From the IMG/VR virus record IMGVR_UViG_3300045988_165705: 64,000 nucleotides of DNA. The stretch is one strand, 5' to 3'. A program made the position numbers and the translations under genes. The stretch comes from a virus. How positions within the stretch are numbered: position 1 is the first letter of the stretch; every line of letters begins with the position of its first letter. This document shows, piece by piece, positions 7,665-16,794 of this stretch. Under the pieces are notes generated by a model. That model made no database searches and had not been told where the DNA came from. It saw only the letters and a program-made list of their open reading frames with translations.

Positions 7665-8996
7665 ATGCTGGCAAATGAAGATATGGCGCGGGTCGAAAGT
7701 GAAGCGGGTATTATCGCCACGCTGATTCACCATCCTGATTTTTCATATTACTCTGAGCAGCTACTGCCAAACCATTTCACAAACGAAGAGAACCGCTATA
7801 TCTATCAGGCAATTTGTTCTCTTGCAAGAGATGGCATTGAACGCATTGACCCGTACAATATTATTCAGGCGTTGACCGCTAAAGAAGCTACCCGGCGTTT
7901 TGCGGATGAGCTGAGCATCGACCAGCTATATACGCTCATGGAAAACAGTGAAAACATCAGCCGAAATACGGTCGAGGAGTATAAGCTTCTCGTAAATAAT
8001 GTGATGGACGCAGCGTTTCGCAGAGATACATACCAGCAATTAAAGGAATGCCAAAAGCTGTGTACGCAGCCCTCCGCTGAGAACATCGAACAGAAAATCT
8101 ATAAGATGCTCGACGATGTGATGATGGAGTTTTCTACAACCAATGATGTTCCCGCCTATAAAGATGTGGTCGATAAATGCTGGGAGGAAATCAAAGGTCG
8201 TCAGGGAGCCGGTTACGCAGGAATTCCCTTCAAGTTTCCCGCATTGAATGATTACGCCACCATTGAGCGTGGAGAACTGTTCATCTTCGGTGCTGAACAG
8301 AAGCAAGGCAAAAGTATGATGCTGCTGAACTGTGCAGTCGATTTGCTCAAGCAGGATTACGCTGTACTGTATTTGGACAGCGAGTTGAACACACGGCTTT
8401 TTACCTCTCGTATTCTCGCTCACCTGTCGGGCATCGAGTATAAGCGCCTCACCTCCGGTAACTACAGCGAGGAAGAGGAACAGCGGATTCTGGCAGCAAA
8501 AGAGTGGCTCAAAACCCGTAAGTTCACCCATATTTATATCCCTATGTTCGACCAGCAGAGCATTTATACCGCTGTCAACAAGGTCAAGCACACTCAGGGT
8601 CTGGATGTTCTTATCGTGGACTACTTCAAAGGCAAAGGCGAGGGCGACGCCTTCGATAGCTATCAGGAACTTGGCCGTTTCGTGGATATGGTAAAGAATC
8701 AAATCTGCGGAGAGATGAATATTGCCGGTATCGGTGCGGCACAGGCGACTATCACAGGCAAACTTGCCGACAGCGCAAAGATTGCACGAAACGCTTCGAC
8801 TATTGCCATGATTTCCGACAAAACTCCGGAGGAAATCGAAGCAGACGGCGCAGAATGCGGCAATAAAAAGCTGCGTGTCACGGTCAACCGTAACGGTATG
8901 CAGATGACACAGGATGAATACATAGACTTGTTGTTTGACGGCAATCACATTCTTTATGAACAGGCCAAGCAGCATATTCCACAGACACCATTTTAA
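7665..8996 (+). CDS. dnaB: replicative DNA helicase, DnaB-like
   Basis: 443 aa with a DnaB-type N-terminal domain. Walker A is GAEQKQGKS, within a RecA-like C-terminal domain. Confidence 0.85.
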   Translation: MLANEDMARVESEAGIIATLIHHPDFSYYSEQLLPNHFTNEENRYIYQAICSLARDGIERIDPYNIIQALTAKEATRRFADELSIDQLYTLMENSENISRNTVEEYKLLVNNVMDAAFRRDTYQQLKECQKLCTQPSAENIEQKIYKMLDDVMMEFSTTNDVPAYKDVVDKCWEEIKGRQGAGYAGIPFKFPALNDYATIERGELFIFGAEQKQGKSMMLLNCAVDLLKQDYAVLYLDSELNTRLFTSRILAHLSGIEYKRLTSGNYSEEEEQRILAAKEWLKTRKFTHIYIPMFDQQSIYTAVNKVKHTQGLDVLIVDYFKGKGEGDAFDSYQELGRFVDMVKNQICGEMNIAGIGAAQATITGKLADSAKIARNASTIAMISDKTPEEIEADGAECGNKKLRVTVNRNGMQMTQDEYIDLLFDGNHILYEQAKQHIPQTPF

Positions 8997-9004
8997 TCCG
9001 TCAT

Positions 9005-9020
9005 CACAATTAAATAAAAT
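9005..9020 (+). repeat. 16-bp intergenic motif CACAATTAAATAAAAT, copy 2
   Basis: Exact copy of 5147-5162. It ends 18 nt upstream of the primase TTG start. Confidence 0.6.
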
Positions 9021-9038
9021 GCGAAAGGAGGAGACGGT

Positions 9039-10019
9039 TTGGAGCTGTCTGAACTGATAGAGTCGGTCGATATTCTGGATTACATTTCCCAATACACGGA
9101 TTTCACGGAGAAAAACGGAGAATACTGGGCACTGTCGCCTCTTAAAGATGAGAACACGCCGTCTTTCTCCGTTCGCAAAGAAACAAATTCGTTTTTTGAT
9201 TTCTCCTCCGGTATCGGCGGCAATGTGCTGACATTTATTCGGTACTATGATAAGTGCAGTATGGCAGAAGCTGTAGAAAAGCTGAAAAAATACAGCGGAT
9301 TTAACGGCAAAGTAAGTTCAAGGAAGCGTCTTGCAGCTACAGAGGTGGCAAAACGGTTTGCGCCACCCCATAACACAGCAAGAAAGGCCAAAGGGACAGT
9401 GCTGCCAGATGATTACATGGAACGGTATGAGAAACGAGACGATAAGCTGGCTGTTTGGGAACATGAAGGCATTTCCCGTGCGTCCATAGACAAGTTCTCG
9501 GTGTACTATGACAGTTTTTCCGACCGGCTTGTCTATCCAATACGAAATCCAGATGGAAGAATCGTCAATATCGGTGGGCGAACCCTCGACCCGCACTGGA
9601 AAGAGAAGGGTTTGCGTAAATACACCTATTTCATGTCGTGGGGTGAGTTGAAAACCATCTATGGTCTTGCAGAAAACAGAGATGCTATCCTCCAGAAAGG
9701 GGAAATCATCTTGTTTGAGGGCTGCAAATCCGTTCTACTTGCCGATACTTACGGAATTCATAATACCGGGGCGATTTTGACCTCGCATCTGAATCCAAAT
9801 CAGATGAAATTGCTGGCAGCACTTGGCTGTCGTGTAGTTTTTGCCCTTGATAAGGATGTCTGCATCCGAGATGACCACAATATCAAGCGGTTAAAGCAGT
9901 TTGTCAATGTGCAATATCTTTGGGATAAGGATAATTTACTTGGTGAAAAGGACAGTCCTGTCGATAGAGGCCAAGAAACTTGGAAAAAGCTCTACGAAGG
10001 GAGGCTGTCGTGGCGATGA
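9039..10019 (+). CDS. dnaG: DnaG-like DNA primase (Toprim) with cysteine-less zinc-finger-like N-terminus
   Basis: ALSPLKDENTPSFSV followed by FFDFSSGIGGNVLTF aligns to the CHC2 finger pattern, but all four ligand positions are substituted. Toprim signatures are present: IILFEGCKSVLLA and VFALDKD. Confidence 0.8.
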   Translation: MELSELIESVDILDYISQYTDFTEKNGEYWALSPLKDENTPSFSVRKETNSFFDFSSGIGGNVLTFIRYYDKCSMAEAVEKLKKYSGFNGKVSSRKRLAATEVAKRFAPPHNTARKAKGTVLPDDYMERYEKRDDKLAVWEHEGISRASIDKFSVYYDSFSDRLVYPIRNPDGRIVNIGGRTLDPHWKEKGLRKYTYFMSWGELKTIYGLAENRDAILQKGEIILFEGCKSVLLADTYGIHNTGAILTSHLNPNQMKLLAALGCRVVFALDKDVCIRDDHNIKRLKQFVNVQYLWDKDNLLGEKDSPVDRGQETWKKLYEGRLSWR

Positions 10020-13000
10020 GTGGGCAATACACCGTCTATCATCTACATAGTGACCTGTCAAATGGCGTTACCAATATTGATTCGGTCACAAAATACGGAG
10101 AGTACATTGTAAAAGCCAAAGAATGCGGCATGAGTGCGATGGGCTTCTCCGAACACGGTTCTGTTTTTGAGTGGTGGCACAAGAAAAGTGCGATTGAAGC
10201 AGCTGGGATGAAGTATATCCATGCCGTTGAGTGCTATCTCACCACAACGCTTACAGAAAAAATCAGAGACAACTATCACTGCGTTCTTCTCGCTAAAAAC
10301 TACAATGGTTTTTTGGAGTTGAACAGTCTTGTGTCTAACAGTTTTTGTAGGAAAGACAACCATTTCTACTATGTTCCCCGCATTACTTTTGACGAGTTGT
10401 TCCATACATCGGATAACATCCTTGTCACTACCGCTTGTGTCGGTGGTGTGCTTGGGAAAGGCGATGAGCAGGTACAGCGGGTTTACCTTGATTTTTTGAC
10501 TCGCAACCGGCATCGCTGTTTTCTGGAAGTAGGACATCACATGGATGAAAAACAGATTTCCTATAACAAAAAGCTGCTTGCGTTAAGTCAGAAACTCACC
10601 ATTCCGCTGATAGCTGGAACAGATACTCATGTTTTGAATGAAGAGCACGAGAAAGGTCGCAGTATCTTACAGGCGTCCAAAAACATTTTCTTCGACGGCG
10701 AAGAGCGTTGGGACTTGAAGTTCAAAACTTATGATGAACTGGTCGCAGCCTATCGAGCACAAGGTTCGTTACCGGAAGCCGAGTATATGCAGGCCATTGA
10801 AAACACAAACCTGCTGGCAAATATGGTGGAACCTTTTGAGTTGGATAGAGGAACCAAGTATCCTCATATTTACGCAGAGCCGGAAAAGACTTTCCGAGAA
10901 AAAGTCCAGTCTGCTATGGAGACGCACCCCTATGCACTGAAGAACCATAGCAAAGAGGAGCTGGAGCGCGTTGTTGAAGAGGAGTTTGATGTCTACAAGG
11001 CGACAAAGTCTATTGACTTTATGCTCCTGCAAACATATCTGCGGGAATGGGAAAAGGGAAACGGCATCCAATGCGGTTACGGGAGAGGCTCCGTGTCCGG
11101 CAGTATGATTGCCTATCTGCTTGGCATTACGCAAATGGACAGTCTGCGGTTTGGGTTGAACTTCTTCCGCTTTATGAACCCCTCCCGTGTAACCAACGCA
11201 GATATTGATACGGACTACTCCGGTAAAGATAGAGATACGGTCAAGCGGTTCTTGCTTCGCGACAAGATGAACCTGCCAAGCATCCGTTCCGCAGAAATCA
11301 TTACCTTTAACACCATTGCGTTGAAGGGAGCTGTTCGAGATGTGTGCCGAGCCCTCTACAAAGACCGTCAGGACATCAACTATATTCAGGTTTCCAACCA
11401 CATCTGCAAAGAAGTCGAGACGCATGAAGAGGCAGTTCGCAAAAAGTATCCGGAGGTTTTCCGATATGTGGATATTGTCAACGGCACTATCGTTTCCATC
11501 GGAACCCACCCAAGCGGTGTGCTTATCAGCGACCTGCCCATTGAGCAGACCGTAGGCCTCTGCAGCGTATCTACATCTGAGTATCCGGTCTCCATGATTA
11601 ACATGAAAGAGCTGGACGACTTGATGTATGTCAAGCTGGATATCCTGGGGCTTGATAATATTGGTGTCATCAATGAGACTTGTAAAACTCTCGGCATTGA
11701 GCGGCTTACCCCCGACAACACAGATATGGAAGATATGAGCGTATGGAAAAGCATCCGTGATGATACAACGCTTATCTTCCAATGGGAGTCGGACAGCGCA
11801 CAGCACTACCTCCGGCAGTTTATGTCAGACAGCACACTGGAAACGGCTCGCTCCAAAATTCCGAACTTCTCCATGTTGAAATGGATGTCCTTTGGCAATG
11901 GGCTTCTCCGCCCTGCCTGCGCCAGTTTTCGTGACAGCGTTGCGAAGGGCGAGTTTTACGATAACGGTTTTGATGCACTGAATGAGTTTCTTTCCCCCGA
12001 AGCTGGACGCATCGCCATGCAGGAGACTATCATGCAGTTTCTCGTCAAGTTCTGCGGCTATTCTGCTGCAGAGTCTGATAATGTGCGCCGTGCTATCGCA
12101 AAGAAAAAGGGCACTGAGACATTGCTCCCTGAAATTGAAGAACGATTCGTTGCCTATTGTTCGGAACAATACAGCATGACTTCGGAACAATGCGAGAAAA
12201 TCATCAAGCCCTTCCTGCAAATCATCCTGGATGCTTCCGCCTATGGCTTCTCGTGGAACCATTCTGATGCCTATTCATCCATTGGGTATATATGCGGGTA
12301 TTTGCGTTACTACTACCCATTGGAGTTCCTTACGGCTGCGCTCAATATCTTTGGCGACAACATGGATAAGACTGCCGCCATTACCAACTACGCAACCAGT
12401 GTCGGTATTCGTGTCACACTACCAAAATGGGGATTGTCCAGAGGCGAGTATTTCTTCGACCGAGAAAAAAGAATCATCGCAAAGGGGCTTACCTCCATCA
12501 AGTATATGAGTGCCAACCTTGCCGATGAACTCTATGACCTTGCCAGAAACAAATACTCTTACTTCATGGACTTACTCAAGGATTTGGACGAAAAGACCAG
12601 TATCAACTCCAGACAGCTTGATATCCTCATCAAGCTTGATTTCTTCTCTGACTTTGGTAATCAGCGTGAACTTCTCCGCATGACAAGTCTGTTTTCCGAG
12701 ATGTTTAAGAAAGGGCAAGCCAAGCAGATACGGAAAAGCGATGTGGATGGAACGCCGTTGGAGGAAATCGTAAAGCGATATGCGGTGGGCGTGACCAAGT
12801 CGGGCGGCATCGCAAAGAGCTATACGCTTCTTGATATCGCATCTATCTTGCGAGAGGCGGAAACCGTCATCAAAGCCGCAGGAATGGATGATTTGAGCGA
12901 CCTTATCAAGGTGCGCAACTTCTATGATGTTATGGGCTACATCGGCTATGTGTCCGGCAACGAGGCCGACCGGCGCAAACTCTACATCACGGATATCAAG

Positions 13001-13204
13001 CCGCTGTACCGTAAGCGTGACAACAAGCAGTTCGGGTATAGCTTGTTCACAAAATCTATCGGCAGCGGCAAGGAGAGCCGGTTCACTGTTTTCAACAGAG
13101 TCTTTGATAAAGAGCCTGTCAAAGAGGGCGACATCATCTACTGCAAAGGCTATGAGAGAGACGGCGAGTATTACACGCTGACAGCGTATCAGCAGGTTTT
13201 TTGA
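10016..13204 (+). CDS. dnaE: DNA polymerase III alpha subunit (DnaE-type, PHP domain)
   Basis: PHP motif YHLHSDLSNG followed by GFSEHG. Catalytic region GRGSVSGSMIAYLLGITQMD followed by NADIDTDY. The ATG at 10016 overlaps the primase stop (ATGA). Confidence 0.9.
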   Translation: MSGQYTVYHLHSDLSNGVTNIDSVTKYGEYIVKAKECGMSAMGFSEHGSVFEWWHKKSAIEAAGMKYIHAVECYLTTTLTEKIRDNYHCVLLAKNYNGFLELNSLVSNSFCRKDNHFYYVPRITFDELFHTSDNILVTTACVGGVLGKGDEQVQRVYLDFLTRNRHRCFLEVGHHMDEKQISYNKKLLALSQKLTIPLIAGTDTHVLNEEHEKGRSILQASKNIFFDGEERWDLKFKTYDELVAAYRAQGSLPEAEYMQAIENTNLLANMVEPFELDRGTKYPHIYAEPEKTFREKVQSAMETHPYALKNHSKEELERVVEEEFDVYKATKSIDFMLLQTYLREWEKGNGIQCGYGRGSVSGSMIAYLLGITQMDSLRFGLNFFRFMNPSRVTNADIDTDYSGKDRDTVKRFLLRDKMNLPSIRSAEIITFNTIALKGAVRDVCRALYKDRQDINYIQVSNHICKEVETHEEAVRKKYPEVFRYVDIVNGTIVSIGTHPSGVLISDLPIEQTVGLCSVSTSEYPVSMINMKELDDLMYVKLDILGLDNIGVINETCKTLGIERLTPDNTDMEDMSVWKSIRDDTTLIFQWESDSAQHYLRQFMSDSTLETARSKIPNFSMLKWMSFGNGLLRPACASFRDSVAKGEFYDNGFDALNEFLSPEAGRIAMQETIMQFLVKFCGYSAAESDNVRRAIAKKKGTETLLPEIEERFVAYCSEQYSMTSEQCEKIIKPFLQIILDASAYGFSWNHSDAYSSIGYICGYLRYYYPLEFLTAALNIFGDNMDKTAAITNYATSVGIRVTLPKWGLSRGEYFFDREKRIIAKGLTSIKYMSANLADELYDLARNKYSYFMDLLKDLDEKTSINSRQLDILIKLDFFSDFGNQRELLRMTSLFSEMFKKGQAKQIRKSDVDGTPLEEIVKRYAVGVTKSGGIAKSYTLLDIASILREAETVIKAAGMDDLSDLIKVRNFYDVMGYIGYVSGNEADRRKLYITDIKPLYRKRDNKQFGYSLFTKSIGSGKESRFTVFNRVFDKEPVKEGDIIYCKGYERDGEYYTLTAYQQVF

Positions 13205-13217
13205 TTACATATAAAAC

Positions 13218-13445
13218 ATGGATTTTATAAGCATGGAGGTGCAAATTTTGCAGGACAAACAGGTCTGCAATCTCTGCGGCAAAGAGCTTGATTTCTTTGA
13301 CCGGCAGGAGAACTTCACAATACATACAAGAATCGGTTATGGCAGTGTCCATGACGGCGACAAGGTTCATCTCCAGTTCTGCTGTGACTGCTTCGACAAG
13401 GTCGTTGCCATGTGTACCGTGTCACCCATTGAGGAGGTAAGCTGA
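13218..13445 (+). CDS. small zinc-ribbon-like protein
   Basis: 75 aa with CNLCGKE and CCDC cysteine pairs. Confidence 0.35.
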   Translation: MDFISMEVQILQDKQVCNLCGKELDFFDRQENFTIHTRIGYGSVHDGDKVHLQFCCDCFDKVVAMCTVSPIEEVS

Positions 13446-13447
13446 GA

Positions 13448-14227
13448 ATGGATAGAGCAGAATTTCAGAGATACATTGATAATGCCCTGCAAGAGGCAGA
13501 GCGTGTGAGGACTTATTGTACGCAAGACGAAATCGTCCTCATTATGACAGCGGATTTTTATCGAGAGCTTCTTGCTACCGCAGACATTCACGCCAACAGA
13601 GACGGCGACCACTACGGCTTCCTTTATGGCTATCGTATTGCGCTTATCAACGAGCCGACTGAACGCACGATGGTCTCGCCTGCGGTTCTTGGGATGACCT
13701 ATCATCCAGACATGGCACTTGACGACATCATTGTTGTCAATGAAGAGAACCGAGTGTTCCGGCTTGCCAGTCGTGACCCTGTTCAGTTCACAGATACAGG
13801 CATGACCGTCCGCTTTGATGCACATATCCGCACTACCAGACTGGACGCAGTAGCTATCGACGCCGGAAATATTGCGGCTGAGACCATGCGTGTCGCCACT
13901 GCGCAAGCCGCTACTGCAACTGCTACCGTAAACCCCTATACGGTCTACTATAATCCGTTTGAAACAACTACTACCACGACAACCGCAACCGGGGGAAACT
14001 GGCAGCAATATTGGACGAATCCGGTTGCATGGGATTACAACCCTACGGTTACTTTCCATATAGATGCAGCAGAGGTCAACCACAGCGTATTCGATATGCT
14101 CACGGGTGGTGGCAAAAGAAAGAAGAGGCGTGCCAAAGAAGATGCGGAACTGTCTGCCGGAGACACCAGGGCAATGGATGAATTTCTTGATGGATTCGCC
14201 ATCAAGCAGAACCTGCAGCAGGCGTAA
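13448..14227 (+). CDS. hypothetical protein (Thr/Ala-rich linker, basic C-terminal patch)
   Basis: 259-aa ORF abutting the upstream stop, in operon context. Confidence 0.4.
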   Translation: MDRAEFQRYIDNALQEAERVRTYCTQDEIVLIMTADFYRELLATADIHANRDGDHYGFLYGYRIALINEPTERTMVSPAVLGMTYHPDMALDDIIVVNEENRVFRLASRDPVQFTDTGMTVRFDAHIRTTRLDAVAIDAGNIAAETMRVATAQAATATATVNPYTVYYNPFETTTTTTTATGGNWQQYWTNPVAWDYNPTVTFHIDAAEVNHSVFDMLTGGGKRKKRRAKEDAELSAGDTRAMDEFLDGFAIKQNLQQA

Positions 14228-14240
14228 AAGGAGGGTACCA

Positions 14241-14915
14241 ATGGGTAAGGTAATTGTGCAGGAGTTCACCTGTAAAGAGCCAATCACCATGATTGGAACG
14301 GAGGCCGGTGTCTGCTGGGGCGCCGATATTTCCGACCAGAAGAAAAACTATCGTCGAGGCATTGACTGCCTTGAGAGTGAACACGGAAGAACTTTCGAGT
14401 TCCCCGATGCCTATATGATTCTTGATGGCTACTCCGCACGAGTTATTCGTGAGTGGTACACCCACATTGGCGGTTCACCTACAAGATTGCAGGCAAGTAC
14501 GAGATATATCGACTACGAACATGGCTTTGATTATGTCGTACCGCCCAGCATTGAAAAGGACGAAGCGGCGTCAGCCGGGTACAAGAAAGTCATGACGATT
14601 CTCCAAAATGCGCTTACCGCGCTGGATGCGTTCGGTATTCCCCGTGAGGATACGGCACTGCTGTTGCCGTTGGGAATGACCACCCGTATCGTGTGTAAAC
14701 ACAACGCCAGAAACCTCATGGATATGTCCCATCAGCGGATGTGCTCTCGTGCTTATCATGAGTATCGAAAGCTTTTTGACGATGTGTGTAATGCTCTTCG
14801 TGCGTATTCGGAAGAGTGGGCGTATCTGGTTGACCACTACTTCATGCCAAAGTGTGAGTATATGGGCTTCTGCAAAGAGAAAAAGTCCTGCGGTAAGATG
14901 CCGCACAAAGAGTGA
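14241..14915 (+). CDS. thyX: ThyX-like flavin-dependent thymidylate synthase homologue (non-canonical signature)
   Basis: SEHGRTFEFPDAYMILDGYSARVIREWY, QASTRY and GIPREDTALLLPLGMTTRIVCKHNARNLMD align well to ThyX. The RHR triad is replaced by THI plus a 2-residue longer loop. The ATG at 14241 lies behind AAGGAGGG. Confidence 0.7.
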   Translation: MGKVIVQEFTCKEPITMIGTEAGVCWGADISDQKKNYRRGIDCLESEHGRTFEFPDAYMILDGYSARVIREWYTHIGGSPTRLQASTRYIDYEHGFDYVVPPSIEKDEAASAGYKKVMTILQNALTALDAFGIPREDTALLLPLGMTTRIVCKHNARNLMDMSHQRMCSRAYHEYRKLFDDVCNALRAYSEEWAYLVDHYFMPKCEYMGFCKEKKSCGKMPHKE

Positions 14916-14919
14916 TGCT

Positions 14920-15330
14920 ATGAAAAGCAAAATACGAAACCCTAAAAAGATGCGCCAGCTTATCGACTTCAAAGGTCTGGAGCTTGATGGTGGCATCTAC
15001 CCAACTGACATCGATGGGTTGATTGAGCTGCGTAATCGTGAATACATAATCCTTGAAGTTAAGCACCGTGGCGCCGCTGTCCCTTATGGACAAAGGCTTG
15101 CCATTGAAAGAATGGTGGATGACTTCACAACTGTTGGGAAGAGTGCGGTTGCTATCATATGTGAGCACCAAGTTGATGACCCGGACAAGCCGGTTGTCGC
15201 AGCATACTGCAAAGTAAGGGAAATCTATTATGGCAAGGAACATATGTGGAGGCCGCCGGAGGACTCCATCAATGTACGGCAGGCTATCGATTGTTTCTGC
15301 CAGTGCACAACAAAGAAAAAAGGAGGCTAA
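14920..15330 (+). CDS. hypothetical protein, possible PD-(D/E)XK fold
   Basis: DIDGLIELRNREYIILEVKH fits a D...E-x-K nuclease-like motif. The RBS is weak. Confidence 0.4.
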   Translation: MKSKIRNPKKMRQLIDFKGLELDGGIYPTDIDGLIELRNREYIILEVKHRGAAVPYGQRLAIERMVDDFTTVGKSAVAIICEHQVDDPDKPVVAAYCKVREIYYGKEHMWRPPEDSINVRQAIDCFCQCTTKKKGG

Positions 15331-15334
15331 TGCC

Positions 15335-15892
15335 GTGGAAATTATCGCTATCTCAGGCAAGGCGCAGCACGGGAAGGATACAACAGCCGGGTTTCTGAAA
15401 TCTGCATTGGAGGCAGACGGCTATAAGGTACAGGTCGCTCATTATGCAGACCTGCTCAAATACATATGCAAGCAGTTTTTTGGATGGAACGGCCAGAAGG
15501 ATGATGCCGGACGCCACATTCTACAGTATGTTGGAACAGATGTTATCCGCACGCAGAAGCCTGATTTCTGGGTCGATTTCATTATCTCAATGGCAGAACT
15601 CTTCCCTGATGCATGGGATTATCTGCTCATCCCCGACTGCCGATTCCCCAACGAGATTGACCGCATTAAGAGCGCCGGACTTGATATGGTTCATTTGCGT
15701 ATCGTGAGAAAGAACTTCACAAGTCCGCTGTCCAAAGAGCAGCAGGCACATCCGTCAGAAACCGCACTTGACAGCACAACGCCGGACTACTGGATTATCA
15801 ACGATGGCACACTGAAAGACCTGCAAGAGCGTGTCATTGCATGGCTCACAGATTACACAGGCTTTCACCAGACAACATTCGATGAGCTGTAA
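15335..15892 (+). CDS. phage-type deoxynucleoside monophosphate kinase (P-loop)
   Basis: P-loop ISGKAQHGKDT and LQYVGTDVIRTQKPDFWV, typical of phage dNMP kinases. GTG start lies 8 nt after AGGAGG. Confidence 0.6.
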   Translation: MEIIAISGKAQHGKDTTAGFLKSALEADGYKVQVAHYADLLKYICKQFFGWNGQKDDAGRHILQYVGTDVIRTQKPDFWVDFIISMAELFPDAWDYLLIPDCRFPNEIDRIKSAGLDMVHLRIVRKNFTSPLSKEQQAHPSETALDSTTPDYWIINDGTLKDLQERVIAWLTDYTGFHQTTFDEL

Positions 15893-15903
15893 GGGGGTGT
15901 GAT

Positions 15904-16614
15904 ATGCGTCATCTGACAATTCTTGTTGATATGGATGATACTATCGAGAACCTCGCTGAAGCTTGGGTCGCCTACCTGAACGCACGGCATCAAACCAGTA
16001 CCAACCTTTCGGATATTACCGATTGGGATATTTCAAAGGCATTTCCTACCCTTACAAAAGAGCAAGTATATGCCCCTTTGTTTGAGGATGCCTTTTGGAG
16101 CTGGGTTAAACCAATGGAAGGCGCGTCAGAGGCGCTGCAAAAACTAATTGCAGATGGACATACTGTGCTGATTGTGACCACATCAAACTACCAGACCCTG
16201 GCGGCCAAAATGGAGCAGGTGTTGTTCCACTACTTCCCATTCCTGACATGGAACGATGTCATCATCACAGCCCATAAACAGCTTATCAAGGGAGATGTGC
16301 TGGTAGATGACGGTATTCACAATCTGGAGGGCGGAGATTACTTCAAAATCCTCATGACAGCCCCACACAACCGCAATTATGACGCAGATAAAAACGGAAT
16401 GTACCGTGTCAGCTCGTGGAGTGAGACTTATTCCGCTATTCAAGCACTCGCCTGTGCAGATTCCATATCAAAATGGCAGGATGACCCCGCTGCTTTCGCC
16501 GAAGAAGTCCTGCATATCCAGCTAAAGCCGTATCAGCGGCTTGCCTTAATGCTTAAAGGAGGTCGAAACCGCATTGAAAATCATTCTCTATTCAACCGGT
16601 TGTCCCAAGTGTAA
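15904..16614 (+). CDS. 5'(3')-deoxyribonucleotidase, HAD superfamily (NT5C-like) with C-terminal extension
   Basis: DxDxT motif VDMDDT, followed by LIVTTS and VLVDD. Confidence 0.7.
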   Translation: MRHLTILVDMDDTIENLAEAWVAYLNARHQTSTNLSDITDWDISKAFPTLTKEQVYAPLFEDAFWSWVKPMEGASEALQKLIADGHTVLIVTTSNYQTLAAKMEQVLFHYFPFLTWNDVIITAHKQLIKGDVLVDDGIHNLEGGDYFKILMTAPHNRNYDADKNGMYRVSSWSETYSAIQALACADSISKWQDDPAAFAEEVLHIQLKPYQRLALMLKGGRNRIENHSLFNRLSQV

Positions 16615-16774
16615 GGTGCTCAAGCATAAATTAGAAGAAAAGGGTATTGCGTACACAGAAAACGGCTCTGTGGACGAAATGCTGTCACTCGGAATCGTAC
16701 AAGTTCCTGTTCTTAGTGTGAATGGAGAACTTCTTGACTTCCAAACAGCAAACCAATGGGTTAATCAATACTAA
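16574..16774 (+). CDS. nrdH: NrdH/glutaredoxin-like small redoxin
   Basis: 66 aa with a CPKC active-site motif after beta-strand IILYS. TTG start downstream of AAGGAGG. It lies immediately upstream of nrdD. Confidence 0.7.
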   Translation: MKIILYSTGCPKCKVLKHKLEEKGIAYTENGSVDEMLSLGIVQVPVLSVNGELLDFQTANQWVNQY

Positions 16775-16794
16775 AAGAAGGAGGACAAGAGTAC

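Noticed and set aside
8040-9092. 350-aa minus-strand ORF; similar long antisense ORFs at 6423-7190, 10769-11806, 13367-14290, 19665-20657 and 23098-24036
   Set aside because: All overlap plus-strand genes with clear family signatures (DnaB, DnaE, SHMT, integrase and others). They are shadow ORFs.
9980-10015. Upstream alternative start for DnaE
   Set aside because: The ATG at 10016 overlaps the primase stop (ATGA coupling) and follows GAAGGGAGG. The extension has no support.
14064-14240. Upstream extension of the ThyX ORF (predicted start at 14064)
   Set aside because: The extension overlaps the preceding gene by 164 nt. The ATG at 14241 has a strong AAGGAGGG RBS, and ThyX homology begins there.
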